Positions 1 through 10,200 of a stretch of DNA of 38,465 nucleotides are shown here, one piece after another. The DNA is from a virus (lineage: Duplodnaviria > Caudoviricetes). The stretch is from positions 1-38,465 of IMG/VR virus record IMGVR_UViG_3300046739_000253, one strand, 5' to 3'. The position numbers were made by a program, and so were the translations under genes. Numbering within the stretch: the stretch's first letter is position 1; each line of letters opens with the position of its first letter. The notes below the pieces were generated by a model. That model saw only the letters and a list, made by a program, of their open reading frames with translations, did not search any database and was not told the DNA's origin.

Positions 1-2
1 CG

Positions 3-1571
3 GTGCTGTCGGCGCGCTCGACCGTCAACGAGCACTACTTCGTCTACGACCGCAACCTCGTCGCGCTGTTCGACGGCCTCGGCGCGATGAAGAAGAGCAC
101 CGACGGCGCGACGTGGACGCAGATGGGCATCACGCCGCCTGCTGCCGCGCCGGTCTTGTCGCTGCTCGCAGGCGGGTCGCTCGTCGCGGGCAACGTCTAC
201 GAGGTGGCGGTCACCTACAGCGACGGCACGTTCGAAAGCAGCGCGTCGCCGGTCGCGACGATCACGCCGACGGCGGGCAACCTGACGATCCACGCGAACA
301 TCGCCGGGAGCGCCGACCCGCAGGTCACGACGAAGTACTACTACTGCCGGAACGTGACGGCGGGCGAGTCGGTGCTGCGCCGCGCGGGGTCCAGCCCGAA
401 CACCACGACGTTCCTCGACATCTCGACGCCCGGCAGCTTCTTCCCCGACGGCGTGGAGATGCCGACGAAGAACACGGTGCCGGGCGCGTTCAGCTTCGGC
501 GTCGTCTGGCGCAACCGCTGGTGGGCGCGCGACGCGGCGATCACGAACCGGATCTGGTTCTCGGAGATCTTCCTGCCGCAGGCGTGGCCGGGCCTGTACT
601 ACCTCGACATCCCGTTTGAACGCGGCGACCGGATCACGGCGCTCATCGCGCTCGGCGACACGCTCATCGTCTTCGGCAACACCGGGGTCTACCTGATCAT
701 CGGGCAGACCTCGCTCGACTTTGAAGTGCGCCCCAGCGCGGGCGCGGTGGCCGGGGCGGTCGGGCCTCGCGCGGTCTACCAGATCGAAGCGGGCGTGCTG
801 CACGGCAGCGACGGCGGCGTCTACCTCTTCGACGGCGCAAGCGACTCGCTGCTCTCGGACGACATCTGGACGGCGTGGCAGGACATGATGACCCACGTCG
901 CGCCGACGGACATTCAGCGGATCGCCCTCGTGTATCACCCGCAGCGCAAGGAGGTGCGGATCGCGGTGCCGCGCCTCTACGACATCTCGGTGCCGGGCGA
1001 GTGGGTGCTCGACCTCTCGCGCACGAAGGCCGCAGAGGGCACGTCGGCGTGGACGAGCACGACGCGCACCATCGGCGGCTACCTCCCGTGGGACGGGCGC
1101 GAGGCGAGCGCAGGCGACTCGGGGCGGCTCTGGTCGTGGAAGCTGGCCTCGGGCGAACTGGCGGAAGAGTCGATCCCCGGCGCGGGCGAAGACGGCGCGG
1201 ACATGACGTGCTACTACGAAGGCCCGGCGCTGCTGCCTGCCGCGCGGCGCTGGGCGCGCTTCATCGAGATGTTCGGCGAGTACCGTCCGACCTCGGGCAC
1301 GTTCAACATCGAGGTGATGGTGGACGACCAGTCGATCACGGTGCTGCCGATTGACGTGACCGGCGCGGGCGTCTCGCTCTACGGGCTGGGAGTGTATGGT
1401 GTCGCCAGCTACTCGGGGCGGCAACGGAAGTACTTCACGTCGATGCTGCCGCTGACCGCCGAGGGCAACGCGATCACGCTGCGCGCGACCTACGTCGGCA
1501 TCGGGCTGTTCAAGTGGTTCACCTACGCCATAGGCGTGCGGCCTGAGCCGCAAATGCGAGGGTTCAACTGA
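3..1571 (+). CDS. Tail nozzle / packaged-DNA stabilisation protein (P22 gp10 / T7 gp12-like), probably 5'-truncated
   Basis: Beta-propeller-like repeats (NRIWFSE..PQAWP, GDRITALIALGDTLIVFG, GVYLFDG). Lies upstream of the fibre and ejection genes. Reading frame is open at the window edge. Confidence 0.7.
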   Translation: MLSARSTVNEHYFVYDRNLVALFDGLGAMKKSTDGATWTQMGITPPAAAPVLSLLAGGSLVAGNVYEVAVTYSDGTFESSASPVATITPTAGNLTIHANIAGSADPQVTTKYYYCRNVTAGESVLRRAGSSPNTTTFLDISTPGSFFPDGVEMPTKNTVPGAFSFGVVWRNRWWARDAAITNRIWFSEIFLPQAWPGLYYLDIPFERGDRITALIALGDTLIVFGNTGVYLIIGQTSLDFEVRPSAGAVAGAVGPRAVYQIEAGVLHGSDGGVYLFDGASDSLLSDDIWTAWQDMMTHVAPTDIQRIALVYHPQRKEVRIAVPRLYDISVPGEWVLDLSRTKAAEGTSAWTSTTRTIGGYLPWDGREASAGDSGRLWSWKLASGELAEESIPGAGEDGADMTCYYEGPALLPAARRWARFIEMFGEYRPTSGTFNIEVMVDDQSITVLPIDVTGAGVSLYGLGVYGVASYSGRQRKYFTSMLPLTAEGNAITLRATYVGIGLFKWFTYAIGVRPEPQMRGFN

Positions 1572-2431
1572 TGGCGAGCTATCCTGCCGCCCCCGTCGTC
1601 TTCCCGGCCCGCAGCGACGGGCAGACCGTCTTCGCGCAGCACATGAACGCGGTGCAGGACGAGATCGCGGCCATCGAGGCGTCGCTGGTCGGCGGCACGC
1701 TGCCGAACCCGCAGCGCATCGTGGGCACGAACCCGACGCTCGTGCTGGACGACAACCAAGGCGGCGGCGCACTCTCGAAGGTCCGGCTGAATAGCGACGT
1801 GAACGGCAACGTCAACCTCACCAGTAACGCGGACTACCCCGGTGGAGTGTGGACGGCTGATGACGTGGCGTCGCTCTCCGCGCTGTTACAACTCCAGCCC
1901 CAGACCGGTCGCCTCGTTTTTTACAACGCGCCCGTCGGGCCGAACCCGCGCAGCTTTAACGTGCTGTTCCAAGTGCAAAGCGACGGCAGCATCCGCGAGC
2001 GCGGACGGGCGGCGGCGCTGGGCGACTGGACCAACGTGCCGTTCAACGCGGCGGACTACACCGGCAGCGGCTCGATGACATGGCCGGTGATCGCGGGCAA
2101 CGTCGCTTTGTTTCGCTACGCCATTGCAGGGAAGACGGCCTTCGTGCAGATGGACATCACTGGCGCGGTGCTGGGGGGCACGGCCTCGTCGGCGCTGCGG
2201 GTGGCCCTGCCCGCCGCCATTACGCCCGGCGGGACCGGGGCGCAGCAACTGGTGCTCCCGGCGTGGATCCAGACGCAAGCCTCCAGTTTGGCGACCGGCG
2301 CAGTCGGCATCGTGGTCATCACCGGAGGCGTCGCGCGGATCGACTTCTATTGCACGCCCCTGACGAACACGAACTGGACGCTCGCCGTCGCACCGCGCGT
2401 CAACGGGTCATTCGCGTTTCAGATCCAGTGA
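1571..2431 (+). CDS. Tail fibre / receptor-binding protein
   Basis: N-terminal AQHMNAVQDEIAAIEASL resembles virion-anchoring segments of fibres. C-terminus is beta-rich (YAIAGKTAFVQMDI...LRVALP). TGATG coupling to the previous gene. Confidence 0.6.
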   Translation: MASYPAAPVVFPARSDGQTVFAQHMNAVQDEIAAIEASLVGGTLPNPQRIVGTNPTLVLDDNQGGGALSKVRLNSDVNGNVNLTSNADYPGGVWTADDVASLSALLQLQPQTGRLVFYNAPVGPNPRSFNVLFQVQSDGSIRERGRAAALGDWTNVPFNAADYTGSGSMTWPVIAGNVALFRYAIAGKTAFVQMDITGAVLGGTASSALRVALPAAITPGGTGAQQLVLPAWIQTQASSLATGAVGIVVITGGVARIDFYCTPLTNTNWTLAVAPRVNGSFAFQIQ

Positions 2432-2437
2432 AAGGCG

Positions 2438-2803
2438 ATGGCGCAGACCAGCTACGTGAATCAGGTGCTCGCGGGGTTCCCCGCCGATCAGCGCAAGGCG
2501 CTGCAGTTGGCGTTTGAGTACGTGCTCACGAACCTGCGGCTCGGGCGACCGGACCCATCGAGCCGCGCCGAGAACCTGCAGTTGTACTATTTCGACGGCG
2601 TGACGGCGTCGGTCGCGAACACGGAGTTCTCGATGGTGCATGGGCTGGCGGCGGTGCCCTACAACATGATCCAAGTGCTCCCGGTGAGAATCGTCGGCGC
2701 GCAGATCGTGCCGCTGCGCGTGACGCGTGCCGCCGACAACAACCGGATCTACCTCGCGTCGTCGGTCGCGAACGCGCCCTTCATGGTCGCGCTGGAGGTC
2801 TGA
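2438..2803 (+). CDS. Small virion (tail-associated) protein
   Basis: Clean 121-aa ORF in the tail operon. F-x-x-x-HGL-x-x-x-P motif seen in phage tail proteins. Confidence 0.55.
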   Translation: MAQTSYVNQVLAGFPADQRKALQLAFEYVLTNLRLGRPDPSSRAENLQLYYFDGVTASVANTEFSMVHGLAAVPYNMIQVLPVRIVGAQIVPLRVTRAADNNRIYLASSVANAPFMVALEV

Positions 2804-4026
2804 TGGCCTACGGCTACAACTCGCAAGGGCAGATTGTCTGGGTGGACCAGCCCGGCGGGGCGACGGCGTTCGACCCGCACTCGGGCCAGTCGCATCCCAT
2901 ATCGAGCAGCACGCCAATCATCGCGTATGGGCCGAACCGAAACATCACACCGGGTGTCGGGTGGATCGACCCGGCCACGCAACACGTCGCGCCGCAGTCG
3001 TCCGAGGAACTGGGGGCGATCTACGACCGCTCGCCCAGCGGGACGCCGGAGGGCCGGGCGAAGTTCATCGCCGCGATGCAAGCGCCCGACACGCGACGTG
3101 CGCCAACCCAAGACACTTCTGGCCCGATCTGGAACATTATCCGGGGCAAACTCCCGCCGGGGAAGAAGTACGACTCGCAGGGCAACATCGTCAACACGAC
3201 GTTCGCCGAGAAGTTCGACACGGGCCTCAACAACGCAGCGGCCTACGGCGGCGCGGGCCTCGGCATCGCCGCTGGTGGCCTCGCGCTTGGCGCGCTCGCG
3301 GCGGGCGCGTATGGTGGGGCCGCAGCAGGCGGGGGCGGCGCGGCGGCAGCGGGGAGCGGCAGCGCGGCGCTGCCTGCGGGCTGGGCACCCGTGGCGATGG
3401 GCAGCGGTGGGGCGTGGGGCGGCGGCACCGCCGCAGGCGGCGCGGCAGCGGGCCTCGGCGGCGCAGGCACCGGGCTGGCGATGACCCCGGAAGGCGTCCT
3501 CCTGCCCTCGGCGGCGTCGGCGGGCGGCAGCACGGGCCTCGGGGCGACGGGCGATCTCGTCTTCGGATCCGGGTTCGGCGCGGCCCCGACCATCGGCGTG
3601 CCAGCGGGCACGTTTGGGGCGGGCACTGCCGCAGCGGGCACGGCGGGCGCGGGCACGGCAACCACGGTGGGGGAGACGTTGGCAAAACAAGCAGCCAAGA
3701 CCGGCGCGCAGACGGCGGCGAAGAAGGTGATGAAGGCGGGCGCCGTCGTCGCGCCTGCGGTCGCCGGGCTGTATGCTGCGACGCGGGGCGGGAGTGGAGG
3801 CGGGTCGATGGACATGAATCAGGCGCTCACGGCGCTCCTGCAGCAGCAGCAGGATCAGATGCAGGAAGAGTCGCCGCTGCGGAAGTTGCTGCTGTCGCAG
3901 CAGGCCGGGATGCTCCCGAGCTACATGAAGCGGGATCCGCAGTACCAGCAGTGGCTGCAGAACAGCGCGCCCGCCGCGCAGAGCGCGATGAACGCGGCGG
4001 TGCAGCGCCCGCCGTATCTCACGTAG
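2803..4026 (+). CDS. Putative DNA-ejection (internal virion) protein, Gly/Ala-rich
   Basis: Long G/A-rich hydrophobic tract and Q-rich C-terminus. Position matches the P22 gp7-type ejection gene. GGAGG RBS and TGATG coupling. Confidence 0.55.
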   Translation: MAYGYNSQGQIVWVDQPGGATAFDPHSGQSHPISSSTPIIAYGPNRNITPGVGWIDPATQHVAPQSSEELGAIYDRSPSGTPEGRAKFIAAMQAPDTRRAPTQDTSGPIWNIIRGKLPPGKKYDSQGNIVNTTFAEKFDTGLNNAAAYGGAGLGIAAGGLALGALAAGAYGGAAAGGGGAAAAGSGSAALPAGWAPVAMGSGGAWGGGTAAGGAAAGLGGAGTGLAMTPEGVLLPSAASAGGSTGLGATGDLVFGSGFGAAPTIGVPAGTFGAGTAAAGTAGAGTATTVGETLAKQAAKTGAQTAAKKVMKAGAVVAPAVAGLYAATRGGSGGGSMDMNQALTALLQQQQDQMQEESPLRKLLLSQQAGMLPSYMKRDPQYQQWLQNSAPAAQSAMNAAVQRPPYLT

Positions 4027-4035
4027 GAGGTTTCG

Positions 4036-5187
4036 ATGGCGTCCCCTTCGCCCTACTACAACCCCGGAGGCCCGCCCGCGCAGTACGGCGGGTCGTCGCC
4101 GAGCTACACGCCTCCGAGCTACGCGCCGTCGCCGATGGCGGGGTGGGGCGCACCGTCAACGAGCAGCGCCAGCGCCCAACCGGACACCAGTCCGTTCGGG
4201 AACTTCTTTGACGACCCGACCTCGCAGCCGATCAACACCGCGTGGAACCAGCGGATGACGCAGTTGAATCAGGCCGCGCCCAGCTACGGTGACATCACCA
4301 GCACGCTCGGCAGCTACCTGCAGCCCGACCCGCGCTTCAACGCGGGCCTCGCGGCGCTCGCGGGCGCGGCGGGCGGCAGCGCCGCGCAAGCGAAGGTGCT
4401 CGACAACCCCTACACCGCGCAGTTCGCGACGGCGACGCAGAACCGGATGAAGGAACTGAATCAGGATCCGTTCTCGTCGTCGGACGAGGCGGCGCTGAAG
4501 GCGCGGTTCTTCGACTCGCTCGCGCTCTCGCGCGATGACGCGTACAAGCAGAACGCGCAGCAGATGGCGTCGCGTGGCCTCGCGCCATCGAGCGGCGTCG
4601 CGCAGGCGCTCGGCGCGGAGACGAGCGCGGGCTACCAGAAGGCGCGAGCCGGGCAGCAGCAGGCGCTCCTGCAGTACGTCACCGACGAGCGCAACCGGCG
4701 GCGCGACGCGGCGGTCGGGATGTCGGGCAACCTGCAGCAGGCGGGGCTGGCCGACACCTCCGAGAAGCAGGGCGCACTGACGAGCAACGCGTCGCTGGCG
4801 AACCAGTGGCAGGCGACCCGCGCGAGCATCCTCGGCAACGTGCTGCAGGCGATCCAAGGGCAGCAGGGGCTGGGCCTCAACGCGGCGACCACGATGGCGT
4901 CGCTGCGGCGGCAGCAGTATCTGGACGACAACCAGCGCGGCGCGGACCTGCTGCAGACCTCGGCGCTGCCGAACGCGCTGACGCAGGCGCGGATGCAGGC
5001 GCTGCAGCAGACGCTGGCGGGCGGGCCGACGAGTCAGTCGCTCTTCGGCCAGTACAGCCAGATGAACGCGCAGCAGATCGCGCAGGCGCAGGCCAACGCG
5101 CAGCGCAACGCGGCCATCTGGGGCGCGGCGGGCCAGATCGGCGCGGGCGTCGCGAACAACATCAACTGGGGTCAGGTCTTCTCGTAG
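4036..5187 (+). CDS. Putative DNA-ejection protein, Q/A-rich helical
   Basis: MASRGLAPSSG motif and helical Q/A-rich body typical of podoviral pilot proteins. TAGGAGG RBS. Confidence 0.6.
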   Translation: MASPSPYYNPGGPPAQYGGSSPSYTPPSYAPSPMAGWGAPSTSSASAQPDTSPFGNFFDDPTSQPINTAWNQRMTQLNQAAPSYGDITSTLGSYLQPDPRFNAGLAALAGAAGGSAAQAKVLDNPYTAQFATATQNRMKELNQDPFSSSDEAALKARFFDSLALSRDDAYKQNAQQMASRGLAPSSGVAQALGAETSAGYQKARAGQQQALLQYVTDERNRRRDAAVGMSGNLQQAGLADTSEKQGALTSNASLANQWQATRASILGNVLQAIQGQQGLGLNAATTMASLRRQQYLDDNQRGADLLQTSALPNALTQARMQALQQTLAGGPTSQSLFGQYSQMNAQQIAQAQANAQRNAAIWGAAGQIGAGVANNINWGQVFS

Positions 5188-5196
5188 GCGCGACCG

Positions 5197-7263
5197 ATGG
5201 ACAACTTCCAGCAACTGCTCGGCAACCCGAACCCGCTGCAGGCGCTCCTGCAGCCGCAGTCGCCGTACGCGATGCCGGGCATGGCCTCGATGGAACCGAC
5301 CGCGATGCCGGATCTGTCGGAGCTTGCCGGGCCGGGCGCGTCCAGTCCGCTCGCCGCCATCGCGTCGGCGATCAGCGCGGGCGGGGCGGGCGGCACCGCG
5401 CCGATGGACGAGGAGCCGAACTACGACGGCCCCAACGCGGGGTCGGCGGCGGCGGGCCTCGGGCCTGACCTGCAGCAGTCGCTGGGGCTGGGCGCGGGAC
5501 CGTCGGCGATGACCGGCAGCGGCGACGCGGACGCGGGGCAATACACGCTGGGCGTGACGCCCGTCAGCACCGGCTACACACCGCCGCCGCGTCCCCCGGA
5601 TCCGCTCGATGAACGCACGCTGCACCCGAGCGGCACGCGCAACATCATGCAGGGCGTCATGCCCGGCATCGCCGCGCTGATCGCCGGGCTGACCGGCGGC
5701 AAGGAGTCAGCAGCGGCGGTGCTGCAGGGCGCGAACGCGGGGAACCAAGCCTACAACGCGGACCTGAAGGAGCGCGGCCTGCGGAAGTATCAGCAGGCGC
5801 AGCAGAGCTACGCGCGGGACCACCAGTTGTGGCAGGACGAGCAGCAGCGGCTGGAGCACAACACGTCGATCATCGCGTCGCTCGCCGAGAAGGCGAAGTC
5901 GTTCGCGAACCCGGCTGACGGCCTCGCGTGGCTGAAGTCGCAGGAGGCGATCTACGCCAAGCAGGGCGTCAACGTGATGGACGCGTGGAAGGGCGTCGAG
6001 GTCGGCGCGGACACGCGGCGGAAGGACTACCTCGCGGGCAAGCTGAAGACCGTGATCGACACCATGCGCCAGCAGGCCAAGGACAGCGGGCGGGTGTTCG
6101 ATGAATCGAAGCTCGATGACAACATGGCGATCCGCATCGACGGCGAGACGAAGCCGCTGTCGGTGTGGCGCGAACTGGCCGACGCGTTGCCGCCGTCTGC
6201 CGGGCGCGGCGCGACGACCTCGGCCATCGAGCAGAAGGTCGAGAGCGACGTGCAGGATCAGATCGCGATCATCAGGGCGCGGACGGGCCGCGAGCCGCTG
6301 ACCGCCGAGGTGTCGCAGATCCGCAAGGACGAGTGGAACAAGGTTGCCACCGAGCAGGATCAGTCGGAGGAGATGAAGAAGCTCGCACTGGAGCACGCAC
6401 GCAAGGCGAACCGCTACCTCGACGCGACGACCGCAGAGGCGCTGGCGAAGGCGCACGCGGGCGGCGGCATCACCTCGCAGCAGGACATCTTCGCGCGAAG
6501 CCGCATGGCCGAACTGTCGCGCAATAAGGTCTTCGTGCAGGCGCAGGCGCAGGGGAACCTCTACGACCAGTTCCTGCAGACGATGAACGACCCGCACCCG
6601 AACGGCATCACCGACCAGACGCTGATCGCGGAGTTTATCCGCGCGAAGCATCCCGGCTCGGCGCGGGTCGGCGATCAGGAAAGTATGCGGATCGAACTGG
6701 CGCGAGCGGGCGTGTCGAACCCGCAGGCGATAGCGGCGCAACTGTTCAGCGGGACGGCGCTGCTGCCGAAGCAGCGGCAGGAAATGGCCGACGTGCTCAA
6801 GCGGTCCTACGAGGCGTCGCGGGCGGGGGCCGAGATGCTGATGGACGGCTACCAGTCGCAACTGGAAGCGCGGCAGATCCCGCCCCAGCCCTATCTGCTG
6901 CCGGGGGTCGGGTCCACCCACGATCCGATTCGCCCGAAGTGGCAGCGCGACCTCGACGCGAAGGACGCCGCCGAGGAGGCCGCGCAGAAGCAGACGCAGA
7001 TGTTCCGCCCCGGCAGCGTGCAGGCGTTTGAGGGCGGGGCCGCTGCGCCTGCGGGCACGCCCGCGCAGATTCGCGCGAGCGGTGGGCGTCCGTTGATCCC
7101 CGGAGCGCAGGCCGCGCAGGGGAAGGCACCCGCGCAGGCCGGGTCGAGCGTGGTCACGGACCCCGAGGGTAAGGGGATGGTGATCACCGATCCCAACGAC
7201 GGCAAGCGATACCAGATCCTCGGGAAGAACGCGGCGGGGCAGTACGTGAAGAAGGAACTGTAG
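5197..7263 (+). CDS. Putative DNA-ejection / internal virion protein
   Basis: 688-aa coiled-coil-rich ORF in the ejection cluster. Confidence 0.55.
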   Translation: MDNFQQLLGNPNPLQALLQPQSPYAMPGMASMEPTAMPDLSELAGPGASSPLAAIASAISAGGAGGTAPMDEEPNYDGPNAGSAAAGLGPDLQQSLGLGAGPSAMTGSGDADAGQYTLGVTPVSTGYTPPPRPPDPLDERTLHPSGTRNIMQGVMPGIAALIAGLTGGKESAAAVLQGANAGNQAYNADLKERGLRKYQQAQQSYARDHQLWQDEQQRLEHNTSIIASLAEKAKSFANPADGLAWLKSQEAIYAKQGVNVMDAWKGVEVGADTRRKDYLAGKLKTVIDTMRQQAKDSGRVFDESKLDDNMAIRIDGETKPLSVWRELADALPPSAGRGATTSAIEQKVESDVQDQIAIIRARTGREPLTAEVSQIRKDEWNKVATEQDQSEEMKKLALEHARKANRYLDATTAEALAKAHAGGGITSQQDIFARSRMAELSRNKVFVQAQAQGNLYDQFLQTMNDPHPNGITDQTLIAEFIRAKHPGSARVGDQESMRIELARAGVSNPQAIAAQLFSGTALLPKQRQEMADVLKRSYEASRAGAEMLMDGYQSQLEARQIPPQPYLLPGVGSTHDPIRPKWQRDLDAKDAAEEAAQKQTQMFRPGSVQAFEGGAAAPAGTPAQIRASGGRPLIPGAQAAQGKAPAQAGSSVVTDPEGKGMVITDPNDGKRYQILGKNAAGQYVKKEL

Positions 7264-10200
7264 ATGGCGAAGGGCGACATCAGCGTCGGCTTCGGCGGCA
7301 TGGGGCCGTCGGACGTGCGGGCCAGCGGGATCCCGTCGATGGCCGACTCGGTCACCGTGCCTGCGGACGACACCAGTGCGTCGTGGCTCGACCGGCTGCT
7401 GGAGTCGGTGGCCGGGCCGAAGATGACCGAGGATCCGAACTACGGCCCCGACAGCACGATGGCGCAGTTGTACGACAAGTACGCGCGTCCGATGAACCCG
7501 CTGAACCTGCTCGTCGGCGCGGCGAAGGAAGTGCCCGCGCTCGCCGCGAAGGTGCCGCTCAACGCGACGCGGTTCGCCGCGCGGTTCTCGCCCGACCCCA
7601 ACGCCGAGCAGTATCTCAGCGGCGACGACCCCGAGAGCATCGGCGCGAAGATCGACGCGCTCACGAAGACCGGCGCTCTCAGTCCGCGTGACTTCGGCCA
7701 GTCCGTTGGCGCGGCGGGCACCGACATCATGGCGATGGTCGCGGGCGACGAGGCGGCGGGCCTGCCTGCGCTCTCCGAGGCGCTGCCGTCGGCGGTCAAG
7801 GGTCTGCCCGGCTTGGCGAAGACCGTGGACTGGGCGGGCACCAACATCGGCAAGGGCGGGCTATACGGGCAACTGCTCGACAACGACGCGGAGACGGGCG
7901 CGGTCGCAGGCGGCATCGGCGGCGCGGCGGTCGGCTCCGGCGAGGCGGTGCTGTCGCGGGCTGCGCCGTTTCTGGAGAGCGCCGCCGAGAAAAGCCTCGG
8001 GCGCGTCATCGCGCCGGGCAAGGAGGCGTGGAAGAAGTTCGTCGGCAAGAACGCGCAGGACATCATCCGCGACGTGCCGCTGTCGGCGGCTGCGCCGTGG
8101 CGCGAGGGCGGCGGGCTGCAGGGCATCGTGGACTACGCGCAGCAGCAGGCCGACAACATCGGCGTCTCGCTCGACGCCGCGTACGCGCAGCGGCTGCAGC
8201 CCGACATCGCGCCGAAGCTGAAGGGCATCCGCGATCAGATCCGTTCAACCGCCGACAACCTGCTGCAGGCGCACGGCATGGCCGTCGTGAACCTCGCGCC
8301 CGAGTCGAAGCAGGCGCTGGAGGAGATCCGCGCGTCGCTCGCCACCGGGCGCGGCGCGTTGAACCCGAAGGACACGAATATCTCGGTGCTGCAGGATGCG
8401 GCCAGCCGCCTGCAGGAGGTGACCAACGGCCTCGGGTCGGAGATGGCGCAGGTCGGCACGGCCAGCCCGCGTGCGTTCCAAGGCCAGTTGATCCAGCGCG
8501 GCATCGCGCGTGGGGCGCAGAGCACCGCCGAGCAGGGCATCGCGCGAGCGATGGGCGACATCGACAACGTGATCAGTGGCGACCTCGTCGGCACGCGGAT
8601 GGCGACCGAGCCGCTCGCGCGACGGATCGACAAGCTGCGGATGAACTTCGGCGACACCAACGCGGCGGGCGAGTTCGTCTCGACCGACCCGGCGTTCAGC
8701 AGCAGCATCGAGAAGCTCGCCGCGACGGTGCGATCGTACGGGCCGGAAATGAACGCGCAGCAACTGCGGAACCTCGCGCAGGACTGGGGCAAGATCGTCT
8801 CGGGCGCGAACGGGCGCGGGTTCCTCTCCCCGATGGCCGACGAGTCGATGAAGGGCGCGATGCGGGCCGCACGCGGCGAGGTCGAGACGACGCGCGACGC
8901 GCTGATGGGCACTAAGGTCCGCGACCAGAGCAACGAGCTTGCGTTCTGGAAGCGCCTCTCCGAGGCGGCGGAGAGCACCGCCGAGCGCCGCGTCGGCCAC
9001 ATGGGCGGCGGGCTGTTCGGCTCGATGGCGACGCTGGCCGGGGTGGGCGGCGGCGAATATGCCGCGCACGCAGCGGGCCACGGGCTGGTCGGAAGCCTCG
9101 GCCTCGGCGCGGGCGGCGCAGCAGCGGCGGCGGTGACGGTGCGCGTGATGCGCTCGCCGATCTACAACCTGCTGTCGGCGAAGACGAAGCTCGCGATGGC
9201 GAGTGCCCTGCGGAAGGGCACCAACGCGGCGCTGGGGACCGCGATGCGCCGGGCGCTGCTGGAACTGTCGCTGCTCAACCACGGCGGGCTGTCCGCGCTC
9301 GGGCACACCGACCTGACCGCCACCGAGGCCGACGCCGAGCACCACAACATCATCAACGGGCGCGATGTGACGCCGGGCGTGCTGGAGTCGGCCAACCCCG
9401 ACACCGTCTACGGCGCTGGCGGCAGCGTGGACCCCGGCATCGAGCACAACCAGCGCCTGCTGCAGCAGCAGGATCAGATCGACCAGAGCATCGAGGAGGC
9501 CGCGCCGCCGCTGGACCCGCAGACCGAGAGCCGCGTCTACGACAAGCTCGCGAACACGCAGGTCGCGTCGGCGGGCCTGAGCCGCCTGCCGGAGTGGCTG
9601 CAGACGCAACTGGTGAACGCGCCCGACCTCGGCGCGACGCACCCGCATCTGCAGAAGCTGGCGAACCTGATCGCCGAGCAGACCTCGCCGCTCAACCTCG
9701 CGTTCCTCGGCGACGAGGCGCTGCGCCCGCTGGCGGCGGGCACGAAGCTCGCCGGGGCATCGGAGATGGTCGGGAAGGGGCTGGCGGCGGCGATGGCCGC
9801 TGCGGGCCTCCAGACGGGCCTAGAAGGCGTGCAGGAGGGCCGACCGGGCAAAGTCATCGGCGGCGGCGTCCAGACCGCCCTAGGGGCGCTGGGGCTGCGT
9901 GGCGGGGGTGTGGCGGGCGCTGCCGAGGAAGCGGCGGCGGCGCTGACGCCTGCGGCCCGCCGGGCGGGTGGGTTCGCCACCCGCGTCGGGCAGGGGCTGG
10001 CGGGCGCGGGGAAGGCGGCGGTCATCGGCCCGGCCATCGGGCTGGCGTCCACGGCGCTCGCGGACACCGACCTCGCCAAGAGTCTGATCCCCGACGACGA
10101 GACGCGCAACGCCGTGTTCAACGCGGCGGGTATGGGTGCAGGCGTGGTCGGCCTCGGCATGGCGGCGGGCAAGGGGATGAAGGGGCTGCGCGAGGAGGCC